From positions 40,426,001-40,490,000 of the forward strand of contig NC_086097.1 of the NCBI RefSeq assembly GCF_963921235.1: DNA of 64,000 nucleotides. The letters are read 5' to 3'. This document shows, piece by piece, positions 26,099 through 38,044 of this stretch. The stretch is from Mobula hypostoma. Lineage: Eukaryota. The notes below the pieces were generated by a model. It was not told the DNA's origin and did not search any database. It was given only the letters and a program-made list of their open reading frames with translations. The translations under genes were made by a program, and so were the position numbers. The stretch's first letter is position 1, and the number at the start of each line of letters is the position of its first letter.

Positions 26099-27714
26099 AC
26101 TGCAAAGAGCCTCAGTTTTCATCAGTCTTGATCTCCGTAACACCTACCATCTTGTCTGCATCCACAAGGGGGACGAGTGGAAGACGGCCTTCAACACCAC
26201 CTCAGGCCATTATGAGTCTCACCAATGCCACTGCCATCTTCCAAGCCCTGGTAAATGATGTTCTCAGGGACACGCTGAACCGATTTGTTTTTGTGTATCT
26301 TGATGACATTTTGATTTTCTCTAAGTCCCTTGCTGAACACACAGGTCATGTCCACAAAGTTCTCCAGCACATTCTGGAGAACTAGCTCTTTGTGAAGTCT
26401 GTGAAATACCGCAATACCGTCTCCTTCCTGGGGTATGTCATTTCAGGCGGTTCCATTCAGGTGGAACAACAGAAGGTCAGGTGGTGGTCGAATGGCCCCA
26501 ACCCTCGAATTGCCGGGAGTTACAACACTTCTTGGGCTTCACTAACTTCTGTCGCTACTTCAGTGATTACAGTACACTGGCTGCACCTCTCACTGCTCTT
26601 ACTTCATCTGTCAGATTCTCCTGGTCCCCTGCTGCTGAAAAAGCATTCTCTGACCTGAAGGAATGTTTCACCTCTGCCCCCATCCTGATTCAACCCGACA
26701 CTGACCAGCAGTTCATTGTGGAGGTGGATGTGTCTGACATTGGTGTAGGAGCTGTTCTCTCTCAGCACTCGGCCAAGGATGAGAAGGTAGACCCCTGTGC
26801 TGCCTTCTCTCTCCACCTCACTCCCACGGAACAGAATTACAATGTCGGAAACCAGGAGCTGCTGTTGTGAAGCTAGCTCTGAAGGATTGGAGGCATTGGC
26901 TGGAGGGAGCCAAGGTGCTATTCGTAATCTGGACTGATCACAAGAAACTGGAATGTATCCGTACGGACAAGCGTCTCAACTCCCATCAAGCTCGTTGGTC
27001 CTTGTTTTTCTCAAGATTCAATTTTACTGTCCTTCTGCCCCGGTTCCAAGAATGGAAAACCTGATGCCCTCCCCCAAAGATTTCCTTCATCTGAGACCAC
27101 TGAAGTACCTGATGTCATCCTCCCTGCTCACTGTCTCGTGGGTGCAGCACAATGGGACATTGAATCCATTGTGCAAGCTGCTCAACAGAGCGAGGCAGCC
27201 CCTAGTCAATGCCCCACTAACCGTGTTTATGTTCTCAGCTCTGTCCGCTCACAGGCACTGCAGTGGGGTCATTCCTCCTGGTTATCCTGTCACCTTGGAA
27301 CCAAGCGTACTCAGGCCTTCATCAGTCGGCGGTTCTGGTGGCCCTCCATGGGAAATGACATCCACAACTTTGTCTCAGCCTGCTCGGTCTGTTCTCAAGG
27401 CAAGAACTCTAACCAGTCACCTGCTGGTCTGTTACAACCCCTGTCTATCCCCGAGAGACCCTGGTCTCACATTGCCCTGGATTTTGTCACTGATCTTTCC
27501 CCATCAGATGGTAACACCACCATTCTCACAGTAGTTGGTCGTTTCTCCAAGTCTGTACACTTCATTCCTTTATCTAAACTCCCCTCTGCCAAAGAAACAC
27601 CCAAATTATTAGTACACAAACACGAGGAAATCTGCAGATGCTGGAAATTCAAGCAGCACACTCAAAATGATGGTGGAACGCAGCAGGCCAGGCAGCATCT
27701 ATAGGAAGAGGTAC

Positions 27715-27750
27715 AGTCGACGTTTCGGGCCAATACCCTTCGTCAGGACT
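27715..27750 (-). ncRNA. Minimal type-I hammerhead ribozyme motif
   Basis: AGUC CUGACGA A GGG-UAUUGG-CCC GAAAC GUC GACU: intact core, stem I AGUC/GACU, stem II GGG/CCC. Confidence 0.75.
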
Positions 27751-28172
27751 AACTGAAAGAAGAGATAGTAAGAGATTTGAAGGTGGGAGGGGGAGATCCG
27801 AAATGATAGGAGAAGACAGGAGGGGGAGGGATGGAGTCAAGAGCTGGAAAGTTGATTGGCAAAAAGGGTACAAGGCTGGAGAAGGGAGAGGATCATGGGA
27901 CAGGAAGCCTAGAGAGAAAGAAAGGGGAAGTGGAGCCCAGAGGAAGGTGGAGAGCAGGCAAGGAGTTATAGTGAGAGACAGAGGGAGAAAAAAGAGAGAG
28001 AAAGAAAAAGGAAATAAATAAGGGATGGGGTAAGAAGGGGAGGAGTGGCATTAACGGAAGTTAGAGAAGTCAATCTTCATGCCATCAGGTTGGAGGCTAC
28101 CCAGACGGAATATAAGGTTGTTCCTCCAACCTGAGTGTGGCTTCATCTTGACAGTAGAGGAGGCCGTGAATA

Positions 28173-29048
28173 GATTCAAGATTCAAAGATTCAAAAAACT
28201 TTATTGTCATTCTAACCATACATCAGCTCTGCAGGGCAGAATGAAACAGCGTTTCTCAGGGGCAGTGCAATCATAACATAACAAACGCAACACTAAATAA
28301 TAAACATAACAATAAATAGTAAAACACAACAGCCACATGTCAGTTAAAATCAAGTTATAAGTGTCCAGTGAAAGATAAAAGTGTCCAAAGCAGAGTCAGG
28401 TAGAGCAGCTATTTAGCAGTCTGACTGCCTGTAGGAGGAAGCTGTTTAGTAGCCTTGTGGTTTTAGCTTTGATGCTCCTGTAACGTTTGCCTGTTGGCAG
28501 AAGAACAAACAGTTCATGGAGAGGGTGTGAGGGGTCTTTAATGATGTACCGTGTCTTCTGGAGGCATTGACTCTGAAAGAGGTCTTGGACAGAAGGTAGG
28601 CAGACCCCAATAACCTTCTCTGCTCCCCTAACCACCCTCAGCAAGGCTTTTTTGTCAACAGCACTGCAGCTGGAGTACCAGGTTGTGATGCAAAAGGTCA
28701 GCACACTCTCAACCACGCCTCTGTAGAATGTAGTTAAGATGTTAGCGGGGAGTGATGCTTGTTTAAGCTTCCTCAGAAAGTGCAATCTCTGCCGGGCCTG
28801 TTTCACAATCCCGGTTGTGTTCTTGGACCAGGTGAGATTGTCCGAGATCTGCACCCCAAGGAACTTGATGTTTTCCACTCTCTCCACTGTGGAACCACTG
28901 ATGCTGAGGGGTGTGTGCTCAGGCTGAGACCATCTGAAATCGACGATCATCTCCTTGGTTTTGGTGACATCAAGCATCAAGTTGTTATCCCTGCACCAAC
29001 TCTCCAGGTGTTTGACCTCCTCCCTGTATATAGTTTCATCATTTTTGC
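28173..29048 (-). mobile_element. Rex1/Babar LINE 3' fragment inside the Penelope-like element
   Basis: ORF 28396-29094 (KTKEMIVDFR, KFLGV, HPLHELF.LLPTGKRY); (TTGAATC)n tail; host resumes ataga / catatcag. Confidence 0.88.
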
Positions 29049-30114
29049 ACATATCAGAATGAGAATGGGACATGGAATTAAAATATATGGCCACTGGGAG
29101 ATCCTGCTTTCTGTGGCGGACAGAGCGTAGGTGTTGAGCGAAATGGTTTCCCAGCCTACTAAATTATTAGTACTGCATGTTTTAAAATTACATGGTTTAC
29201 CTATAGATGTTGTATCAGACCACTCTCAATTCACATCCAACTTCTGGAGGGCATTCTGTAATCTTAGGGGTGCCTCTGTGAGTCTGTCTTCAGGATTCCA
29301 CCCAGAGACCAATGGCCATACTGAGTGGGCCAACCAACAGCTAGAGACAGTATTGCGGTGCTGGTCTCCCAGATCCCCTCCGTGTGGAGTCAGCGGCTAC
29401 CCTGGGCCGAGTATGCCATAAACTCTCATCCGCCCTCATCCACTGGTCTGTCCCCTTTTGAGTAGCGCCTTGGCTACCAACCTCCACTGCCCAGGAGGAG
29501 GTTGGCATTCCATCTCCTGAGGCATCCATCCACCATTGTCAGTGGAAATAGAGGTGCACTCGCTCTGCCCTTCTCCGTGCCCCTACTAGGATCAAGCGTT
29601 AAGCTGACAGCCATTGCTCCAAGGCTCCATGTTACCGCAAGGAACAGCATGTGTGGCTTTCAACCTGAGACCTGCCCCTCAAGGTGGATCCCTGCAAGCT
29701 TGCCCCTCTTTTCATCCGCCCCTTTCCCATTGCTAAAGTCATCAGCCCTGCTGCCGTCCATCTCAAGCTCCCCTCCACTCTCCGCCACATTCATCCCACC
29801 TTCCATGTGCCCCGCGTCAAGCCTTTCATGAGCCACCCCCGTGTCCTGTCCCCAACACCCCCTCCCCTACGGCTTATCGATGGGTCAGAGGCCTTCACAG
29901 TGAGCTGGCTGCTGGACATTTATCACCAGGGCTGTGGCCTCCAGTACCTTGTGAACTGGGAGGGCTATGGCCCTGAGGAGAAGTGCTGGGTCTCTGCCCG
30001 TAACATCCTGGACCCCTCTCTCATCAGGGACTTTCATTGCCAGCACCCAGCACTACCTGCCGTGACACCAGGAGGCATCTGTAGAGGTGGTGGGGGGGGG
30101 GTGCCGCGAGGTAC

Positions 30115-30599
30115 TGTCAGTACTTCCAGTTGAACTCTGTCTTTGTATGTTTTCCCCTAGCTGTCAGTCTGTGGTTTTGTATTGCCATGTGCTCCTGTCG
30201 CCACTCCTGCTCTACTCCAGCCCCTGTATTACTGAGTACCCTGTCTCTCACCTGTTTCTCATTATTACCTGTATTGCTGCCACCTGTGTCTCATTGTGCT
30301 CCACCTATCATCTGCCTCTCTGTTTATTGCTCAGTGTATTTCAGTCCTGTGTTTTCACTTGTTTGTTGCCAGATTGTGCCAGTGAAGTTTCCTGAGTGTT
30401 TCTAGCATTTGTATCTATACTCTATCTGTTTGAATATTGACTCTGTCTGTTTCCTGATTTTGGTTTTTGGATTTCTCTGGATGTTCTGATCTCTGCCTGA
30501 ACTTTGATGCTGACTTTGTTTGCACTTTGGGATTTGTTACTCAATTAATATCACTGTGTGCACTCTGTGATTAGATCCCTGCTCCAGCTCCCTAATACA
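30115..30599 (+). repeat. 3' LTR of the chromovirus
   Basis: TGTCAG...TACA; follows the PPT; repeat of 21758-22275. Confidence 0.9.
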
Positions 30600-31675
30600 T
30601 GCCTGGGAAGATGTTGGAGTCAATTATTAAGGATGAGGTCTTGGGATACTTGGAGCTGCATGATAAAATAGGGAAAATCTTGCCTGGCAAATCTTTTGGA
30701 ATTCTTTGAAGAAATAACAAGCAGGATAGACAAAGGAGAATTGGTTGATGTTATGTACTTGGATTTTCAGAAAGCCTTTGACAGGGTGCCACAGATGAGG
30801 CTGCTTAACAAGCTATGAGCCCATGGTATTACAGGAAAGATTCCAGCATAGATAAAGCAGTAGCTGATTTAACAGGAGGCAAAGAGTGGGAATAAAGGAG
30901 CATTTTCTGGCTGACTGCCAGTGACTAGAGATGTTCCATGGGGGTCTGTGTTGGGACTGATTCTTTTTGTTATTTGTCAATGATTTGGATGATGGAATTG
31001 AAGGCTTGTAGATGAGAAGTTTGTATATGATATGAAAATAAGTAGAGGGGCAGGTAGTTTTGAGGAAGTAGAGAGGCTTCAGAGGATTTAGACAGATTAG
31101 GAGAATGGGCAAAGAAATGGCAGATGGAGTACAATGTTGGGAAGTGTCTGTTTTTTTTTAAATGGAGGGGAAATTAATTATAAAAAAAATGAGTTGCAAA
31201 CAGACTTGGGAGTCCTTGTGCAGAATTCCGAAAGGTGAATTTGCAGGTAGTCTGCGGTGAGGAAGGCAACTGTGACATTACCACTTATATCAAGAGGTCT
31301 AGAATATAAAAGCAAGGATGTAATATGACTTTATAAGGCACTGGTGAGGCCTCACTTGCAGTATTGTGAGCAGTTTTGGGGCCCCTTATTTTAGAAAGGA
31401 TGTGCTGAAACTGGAGATGGTTCTAGGGAGATTCATGAAATGATTCCAGGATGTCATTATTGGAATCAGTTTGTCATATGAAGATCATTTGATGGTTCTG
31501 TGACTTGTGTTCACTAGAATTCTGAAGAATTTGCAGTGACCTCATTGAAACCTGTTGAATGGTGAAAGGCCTTGATAGTGACTGTGGAGAAGATGTTTCC
31601 TACGGTGGGAGAGTCCAAGACCAGAGGACACAGCCTCAGAATAAAGGGGCTTCCTTTTAGAATGGAGATGAAGAA

Positions 31676-34600
31676 TTTTTTTTTCCAATGTTTTTATTAA
31701 TTTTACATATTTTTTCCTTGTACTATATTCTTATATCAATACCTTATACTAAATCACATATAAAGACTCCTTACCCTACATTCATACAGATTAATTGATT
31801 TGTAACATTGAAATATAGTAATTTTATTATAAAAAAAAATCTAACCCAATACCAAGACTGAAGCTCATCAGTAAAGACAAAAAAAGGGGAAAAAAATTAT
31901 TAGTCATCATCTGTGCTTTAACAACAAATGTTTGAAAGTCTTGGCTAGATTCAGAGATTGAACATCAAATCTTCTCTAAATTTAAACATGACATCATATC
32001 ACGTAACTATTGAGTGTGAGTAGGTGGAATGACCTCCTTCCATTTAAGCAAGAACTTCCTTCTGGCTATGAAAGACATAAAGGCAAAATGTGCAAGTCAG
32101 ATGACTCCCAAAATAATATCCTTTCCTCCAACAATACCAAATAAAGCGGTCAAAGGATCAGGCTTGACGTTTACCTTGAAAAGTATTGAGAAAGTTTGAA
32201 GTACTTCTTTCCAATATTTTCCAAGACTCTGACATGTCCAAAACATATGAATGAGTGAAGCTTTTCCAATATTACATTTATCACAATACAGAGATGTATC
32301 TAAATAAAAATGAGACAACTTATCCTTGGTCATATGCGCCCTATGGACCACCTTAAATTGTAGGAGAGAGTGGCGGGTGCATAATGATGAAGTGTTAACC
32401 AATTTAAAAATCTGATTCCAAGTTTCCTCAGAAACTGAAGTCTGTAAATCATGTTCCCAAAGATTTTTGATTTTATCTAAAGGAACACTTCTCATTCCCA
32501 ACAGCATATTATAAATATTAGATATAGATCCATTATAAAAAATTTTCAAATTAAAAATTACATCTAGTAGATTCTTAGCAGGCCTGTTAGGAAAAGTACT
32601 TATTTGAGACCTTAAAAACTCTATCATTTGTAGGTATTGAAAAAAATGAGTTTTGGGTAAACTATATTTAGTTGACAGTTGTTCAAACGAAGAGAGACTT
32701 CCCTCTACAAACAAATCCTGAATGCATTTAATACCTAATCTATCCCATTCTTTAAAAGCCCTGCCAATCATAGAAGGTTTAAAAAAAAACTAGAAAAACT
32801 GACTCGAAAGAGAAAATCTCAATAAGCCAAAGTATTTTTGGAATTGTATCCAAATTCTCATAGTATGTTTAACTACCAGATTAGCAGTTAACTTACTCAG
32901 AGACAAAGGAAGTGAGGATCCAAGAAGAGAAATAATAGAAAATTTATTAACAGTGTTAGCTTCTTTAAAAAAAAACCCACATCGGGCAATCCTCACGATT
33001 AATGTAATATAACCAAAATGTAAGATTTCTTATATTAACTGCCCAATAATGAAATCTAAAGTTTGGTAAGGCTAATCCTCCATTCTTTTTATCTTTCTGA
33101 AGGTGAATTATATTTAATCTCAGACGCTTATTCTTCCATATATAAGAAGATATAATGGAGTCAAGAGAATCAAAGAAAGATTTAGGAATAAAAACAGGCA
33201 ATGCCTGAAAAAGATATATAAATTTAGGTAATATATTCATTTTAATGGAGTTAATTCGGCCGATCAGCGATAACAAAAGAGGCGACCAATTTGATAGTAT
33301 CCCTTTTACATGATTCAATAAGGTAAGAAAATTTTCTTTAAATAAACGCTTATCGTTTTTAGTAATTGTTACAACTAAGTAGGTAAATTGGTTTCTTACA
33401 ATGTTAAAAGGAAGGTTAGAATTTGTTGGTATCAAATTATTCAAAGGGAAAAGTTCACTTTTATGTAGGTTTAATTTCTAACCTGAGAACTGGCTAAAAC
33501 AGGAGAGTAAAGAAAGCGCATGGGGAAATGAAGTCTCAACATTAGAAATAAATAGCAGCAGATCATCAGTGTACAGCGAGACTTTGTGAATAGTGTCTCT
33601 CCTTAAAATATGAGTGACATCATTAGATTCTCGAAAGGCAATGGCTAAAGGTTCTAAGGCCAGATCAAAAAGCAAAGAGCCCAACGGGCAGCCTTGACTA
33701 GTGCCATGGTGAAGCTTAAATGGTTTGGAATTATGAGAATTAGTGATAACCCTAGTGGAAGGAGCTAAATAAAATAATTTAATCCATTGAATGAAAACGG
33801 GTCCAAAATTGAATTTTTCTTATATTTTAAATGAACAATTCCATTCGACTCTGTCGAAAGCTTTCTCAGCATCTAGGGATACCACATATTCCGATATCAT
33901 ATTAGCAGGAGAATAAATAACATTTAATAACCAACAAATATTAAAGTGAGAATATCGGTTTTTGATAAATCCAGTTTGGTTATCAGAAATGACAGATGGT
34001 AAAATATTTTCACTCCTATGGGTCAAAACTTTAGATAGGATCTTAGTATCAACATTAAGTAAAGAAATTGGTCTATAAGAAGAGCATTCAGTTGGATCCG
34101 TATTCTTTTTAAGGATAGGCGAAATGGAAATCTCATACAAAGATTGAGGGAGTCTGCCCGACTTGAATGAATCCCAAAAAACTGAACATAAATGAGGTAT
34201 AAGCAGTGAGGAACAGACCTTGCAAAACTCTCCAGAAAATCCATCTAGACCTGGAGCATTCCTCAAACGTAATCAGCGCACAGCCTCAACAATTTCCTCA
34301 AAAGAAATGTGTTGCTCCAACAACTTTCTGTTGTCGGCAGAAATTGTAGGAACGTTAAGTTGGTCTGAAAAATTGTTCGTTACGGTGTTATTCTTAGAAG
34401 ATTCAGAACTATAGAGTTTAGAATAAAATTCTCTAAAAGTATCATTTATTTCTAAATAATCAGTTGTCCTATCACCATTAGCTTTGCATATTTCTTTAAT
34501 CTGCTTTTTAGCTATGAAGGTTTTAATTTGATCAGCCAATAATTTAGCTGTTTTATCTCCATGAATATAAAATTGTCTTTTATCTTTTAGGAGTTGGGAT

Positions 34601-37115
34601 TCAATTGGATGGGTTAAAAGGAGATCTTATTTAGTTTTAGTTTCAACATGTCTTTTCTATAAGGCAGGTTCTGGAGCCAAGGTGTACTCTTGGTCTAATT
34701 GTTTCAGCTGATTAGCTAAATCACTTCTCTCTTTATTAGCTTTTCTCTTTATACTTGCAGTATAAGAAATAATTTGTCCTCTAAAATACGCCTTAAAGGC
34801 ATCCCAGCTGATAAGACTAGAAGTCTCCTCTAATGTATTCTCTTCCAGAAAAAAGAGTAATTTGTCTCTCCATAAACTTTAAAACATCTTTATCAGATAA
34901 CAAAGTTAAATTAAATTGCCAAAACCTATTTGTTTGAAGAAGACCAGGGAGATTTAAAGATAGGAGCACAGGAGCGTGATCTGAGACAGCAATCTCTTTA
35001 TATTCACAGGATTGAGCTGATGAATATAAAGATGAATATATATTATTCATTTAGCCATCAATAAAAAAAAATCAATCCTGAAATATGTATGATGGACATG
35101 AGAGAATAATGAATATTCCTTGTCTACTGGATGAAAAAAATGCCAAGCATCAACAATACCACATTTCATTAAAAAAGATTTAATAAACACAGCTGATTTA
35201 TTTGGTATCATTAGTTTAGAAGATGAACGATCGAAAGCTGGATCTAAGCAACAATTAAAATCTCCACCCATCACCGATGAGTACAGACTTAGATTTGGCA
35301 AAAATGAAAAAAATGCTCAAAGAAACCTGGGTCATCTATATTCATAGTCATAGTCATACTTTATTGATCCCAGGGGGAAATTGGTTTTTGTTACAGTTGC
35401 ACCATAAATAATTAAATAATAATAAAACTATAAATAATTAAATAGTAATATGTAAATTATGCCAGGAAATAAGTTCAGGACCAGCTTGACAGGGTGTCTG
35501 ACCCTCCAAGGGAGGAGTTGTAAAGTTTGATGACCACAGGCAGGAATGACTTCCTATGACGCTCTGTGTTGCATCTTGGAAGAATGAGTCTCTGGCTGAA
35601 TGCACTCCTGTGCCCAACCAGTACATTATGTAGTGGATGGGAGACATTGTCCAAGATGGCATGCAACTTGGACAGTTTCTTCTTTTTAGACACCACCGTC
35701 AGAGAATCCAGTTCCATCCCCACAACATCACTGGCCTTATGAATGAGTTTATTGATTCTGTTGGTGTCTGCTACCCTCAGCCTGCTGCCCCAGCACACAA
35801 CAGCAAACATGATCGCACTGGCCACCACAGACTCGTAGAGCATCCTCAGCATCATCCGGCTGTCTCCTCAGGAAATAGAGACGGCTCTGACCCTTCTTGT
35901 AGACAGCTTCAGTGTTCTTTGACCAGTCTAGTTTATTGTCAATTCATATCTCCAGGTATTTGTAATCCTCCACCATGTCCACACTGACCCCCTGGTTGGA
36001 AACGGGTCACCGGTACCTTAGCTCTCCTCAGGTCTACCACCAGCTCCTTAGTCTTTTTCACATTAAGCTGCAGATAATTCTGCTCACACCATGTGACAAA
36101 GTTTCCTACCGTAGCCCTGTACTCAACCACATCTCCCCTGCTGATGCATCCAACTATGGCAGAGTCATCCGAAAACTTCTGAAGATGACAAGACTCTGTG
36201 CAGTAGTTGAAGTCCGAGGTGTAAATGGTGAAGAGAAAGGGAGACAAGACAGTCCCCTGTGGAGCCCCAGTGCTGCTGATCACTCTGTCGGACACACAGT
36301 GCTGCACGCACACGTACTGTGGTCTGCCAGTCAAGTAATCAAGAATCCATGACACCAGGAAAGCATCCACCTGCATCGCTGTCAGCTTCTGCCCCAGCAG
36401 AGCAGGGCGGATGGTGTTGAACGCACTGGAGAAGTCAAAAACCATAACCCTCACAGTGCTCGCTGGCTTGTCCAGGTGGGTGTAGACACGGTTCAGCAGG
36501 TAGACAATGGCATCCTCAACTCCTAGTCAGGGCTGGTAGGCGAACTGGAGGGGATCTAAGTGTGGCCTGACCATAGGCCGGAGCAACTCCAGAACAAGTC
36601 TCTCCAAGGTCTTCATGATGTGGGAGATCAATGCCACCAGTCTGTAGTCATTGAGGCCGCTGGAGCGCGGTGTCTTCGGCACAGGGACGAGGCAGAATGT
36701 CTTCCACAGCAAATTCATGGAAACATATATTGACTGATCTTGGTTTTTATTTTGAAGTCAATCCGAAGATAGGCGATCTGTGAGCATGATCAATCAAAGG
36801 CAGAGACTTTATTCGGAGCATACACATTGGCAAATACCATTAGTTTGTTATTTAGTTTCCTTGATACTATGACAAAATGCCCATTAGTATCATAAATTAC
36901 TTTATGTTGAACAAAGGGAACTTCATTATCTATAAGGATCGAAACCGTAACTTCTGATGAAAAATTTTCAACAATACGAATCTTCTGACCTTGGTAGTCA
37001 ATCATACCTTTTCCCTGGGCATCACGAATCAGACGGTCCTTTATTTGAAATTCATGGAAATATATATTGACTGATCTTGGTTTTGATTTTGAAGTCGATC
37101 CGTAGATAGGCAATT
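31676..37115 (-). mobile_element. L1/Tx1-clade LINE with ORF1 remnant, APE and RT, interrupted by Rex1
   Basis: NVYAPN, MGGDFN, SDHAPV, SYRPISLLNVD.KIL, SLDAEKAFDRVEW, LYTDDLLLF and HMFWTC motifs; T-rich tail at 31676. Confidence 0.93.
35343..36710 (-). mobile_element. Rex1/Babar LINE inside the L1 endonuclease region
   Basis: [40 protein letters not shown] and KFSDD motifs; (GACTAT)n tail; closely similar to 14830-15972. Confidence 0.92.
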
Positions 37116-37374
37116 TCAGGACTCACCATTGGAGGCCCCAGTTAGCTTTTCTTATTTCACGAGCAATTCCTTGTGTGGTTTATTCAGCGATTATTGCAGC
37201 ACTGGCTAAATTAATAGGCATGCAGCCAATGGCTGGATTATGAGTTTGATCCACAATAGCAGCTGGGGAATTTAACTACATATAAATAAATTGAGAAGTA
37301 AAGCTAGTTCAATAACCAAAACCATGAAGCAAGTGGACTATTGTAAAACTTATTTAAGCCCTTACAGGATTAAC

Positions 37375-37680
37375 TTCACAAGAAAATCTGCAATTGCTTA
37401 GAATCCAAACCAACACACAGAATGCCAGAGGAACTCCGGAAGTCAGGCAGTATGTAAGGAAACGGTCGACGTGTCAGGCTGAGACTCCTCCTTAGGACTG
37501 TAAAGGAAGAGGCAAGATGCCAAAATAAAAAGGTTTGGGGGGGGGGCGGTAAAGGAAGATAGCTAAAAGATGACAAGTAAAGCCAGATGGATAGGAAATA
37601 TAAAGGGTTGGAGAGGAATGAATCTGATCGGAGAGGAGAGTGGACCATAGGAGAAAGGGAACATGGAGGGGATCCAGGAA
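37375..37680 (-). mobile_element. Penelope-like 3' end with degenerate hammerhead
   Basis: Same terminal architecture as 27616 and 43366; core mutated (CUAAGGA..GACA). Confidence 0.65.
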
Positions 37681-38044
37681 ATTCCTCACCTTGTCTGGTC
37701 TTCATGGCTCAAAACCTACCAATTGAGTTAACTATTAATGGGGCAACTAGAGTATTGTTAATTTACCTCATTGTGGCTTAATTTACCTATTAATTGCTCC
37801 CCTGAAGTTTTCTTGTGCCTTATTGGTAATTGCAGGTTTCGTGTGTGACCTTGTGCTATTTAAGCTATGCGAGCTGAGCATTCATTGCTCAGTCTTCATC
37901 TAGCATTTCCACAGTGACGTTCATTCCCAGCGATCAGTGCACCTTTGTTAATTCTTCTGTGAATAAACTCTCATCGGTGTTTTCTACTCGAATCTCAAGT
38001 TACTCTGCACCTGGTTTGCTTGCTTGAGTTCATCATTACACTCA

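Larger units (their letters stand above)
27616..29160 (-). mobile_element. Penelope-like element 3' fragment inside the Gypsy integrase
   Basis: Perfect 13-bp TSD aaattattagtac (27603-27615, 29161-29173); GIY-YIG C-terminus YFNSMSHSHSD..RLEEQ..IFRLGSLQPDGM; pyrimidine-rich UTR; hammerhead motif. Confidence 0.88.
21758..30599 (+). mobile_element. Full-length decayed Ty3/Gypsy chromovirus (Sushi-like)
   Basis: Two LTRs of about 0.5 kb; gag from ATG 22288 (MDPAD..LEQQG..LGRH) with degenerate CLYCGQPDH knuckle; RT ([28 protein letters not shown]); RNase H ([23 protein letters not shown]); integrase (H..H/C..C, IALDFV, HPETNG); GPF-like motif; chromodomain (QYLVNWEGYGPEE); G-rich PPT before 30115. 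Confidence 0.95.
21668..31675 (+). mobile_element. CR1 LINE (about 21668-21757 plus 30604-31675) hosting the Gypsy element
   Basis: ITPLFKKG..GNYRPVSLTSVV before 21758 continues as GKMLESIIKDEV after about 30604, then LDFQKAFD and VRPHL.YC motifs. Confidence 0.88.

Noticed and set aside
21754..30604. TSD of the chromovirus
   Set aside because: The flanks (gtgg versus tgcc) do not match, so the exact 3' boundary is uncertain and no TSD is claimed.
37690..38040. Possible additional solo LTR
   Set aside because: It has TG/CA-like ends and AATAAA, but no matching TSD.
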